IMG/VR virus record: IMGVR_UViG_3300025133_008097
Location: 52,841 to 116,840 of that record
DNA from: a virus
Direction: 5' to 3' (one strand)
Length of the DNA stretch: 64,000 nucleotides
Shown: one piece after another, positions 63,245-64,000 of the stretch
Position numbering within the stretch: the first letter of the stretch is position 1
How the letters are laid out: each line of letters begins with the position of its first letter
Translations under genes and position numbers: made by a program
Notes under the pieces: model-generated
What the model saw: only the letters and a program-made list of their open reading frames with translations
Told to the model about the DNA's origin: nothing
The model's database searches: none

Positions 63245-64000
63245 ATGAATCATCCTCTCTTTCAAATTCTCGACCACAAGAAAGATTGTGTAGGATACTT
63301 TACCAACAACTTACTCAAGCCAGGAGCACCGCCGCCGTTAGAGGGCGCAACCTGGGAGTACTCTTCTCATCTACCTGGTTCCAACTATGATTTGGGTCGT
63401 ATATATGCGGAAGGCAAAAAACTAACAGACGTTTGTCCCCCTGAGTTGAAAGAGGAATGGGGGACAATCAAGAGTACGCTTCGCGCGTGCCTCAAGTCTT
63501 TTCAGACGGCACGGCTCTCACTAGAGGATAACTGTTTTTATGATACTGTGCCCGAATATTTTCTTTACCAATACTTAAACACTAAAAATAAAATAACGGA
63601 ACACGTTCTTCGTTCTTTTCCTCGGCCGGCTAACTATGACCATCTATATAATTTGATAGAGGTGTTAGAGGATATTCGGTCGCGACCTCTTAATTTAGAC
63701 GTCGCTCCCATTGGGCACCTGCTCGCTTCGGTGCGAGGCCAGAACTTTCATCGCACGATTCAGTCCGTTAAACCTGTCTGCGACTATAATCCGTGGGGGA
63801 CGATCACTGGCCGACTGGCCACCAACCCCAACAGCTTCCCAATTCTCACGATGAACAAAGAGTTCCGCGCGTGTATTAAACCAAAGAACGACTGGCTGGT
63901 GGAGCTTGACTTCAATGCGGCCGAACTGCGGACGCTGTTGGCTCTCGCAGGTGTCGAGCAGCCCAAGAACGACATTCATAACTGGAATGTCAAGAACATT
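63245..64000 (+). CDS. polA: Family A DNA polymerase-like protein (3'-partial, runs off the window)
   Basis: Open frame absent from the track, translated by hand. TITGRL at aa 186-191 and motif A LDFNAAELRTLLA at about aa 221-233. Confidence 0.8.
   Translation, partial: MNHPLFQILDHKKDCVGYFTNNLLKPGAPPPLEGATWEYSSHLPGSNYDLGRIYAEGKKLTDVCPPELKEEWGTIKSTLRACLKSFQTARLSLEDNCFYDTVPEYFLYQYLNTKNKITEHVLRSFPRPANYDHLYNLIEVLEDIRSRPLNLDVAPIGHLLASVRGQNFHRTIQSVKPVCDYNPWGTITGRLATNPNSFPILTMNKEFRACIKPKNDWLVELDFNAAELRTLLALAGVEQPKNDIHNWNVKNI

Noticed and set aside
1-64000. Alternative genetic code (TAG/TGA recoding), as in some large phages
   Set aside because: Conserved genes are full length in code 11, and TAG and TGA stops fall at natural domain ends (e.g. 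MCP, tube, protease, sbcCD).

Overview
This 64-kb window comes from a large T4-like contractile-tailed (myovirus-type) bacteriophage. Coding is dense, in standard code 11, and almost entirely on the + strand. It holds most of the morphogenesis region: large baseplate/virion proteins, terminase, portal, prohead protease, scaffold, major capsid, neck, sheath, tube, tail chaperone, tape measure, baseplate and several paralogous Ser/Gly-rich fibre genes. Interleaved with these are a small replication/recombination block (RuvC-like resolvase, primase, a single-chain Mre11-Rad50/SbcD-SbcC fusion, a partial family-A polymerase), a J-domain protein, a holin/spanin-like cassette and a phage-encoded ribosomal protein bS21. 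Four signals stand out. (1) A possible translational switch: two replication genes appear to be leaderless from sigma70-like promoters, while late genes carry strong SD sites, a recurring CTA(T/A)(T/C)TA late-promoter-like motif, and bS21 in the late operon. (2) A family of unrelated small proteins shares an N-terminal MKI(S/T)xxRLxxIIxEEL leader with (I/L)xE cleavage sites, probably a capsid-targeting tag. (3) A candidate +1/-2 frameshift on a T7 run lies in the tail chaperone gene. (4) A gp14-like neck domain is fused to a repeat fibre. No tRNA, CRISPR array, integrase or IS was recognised. All assignments are by eye from motifs and synteny; no database search was run.
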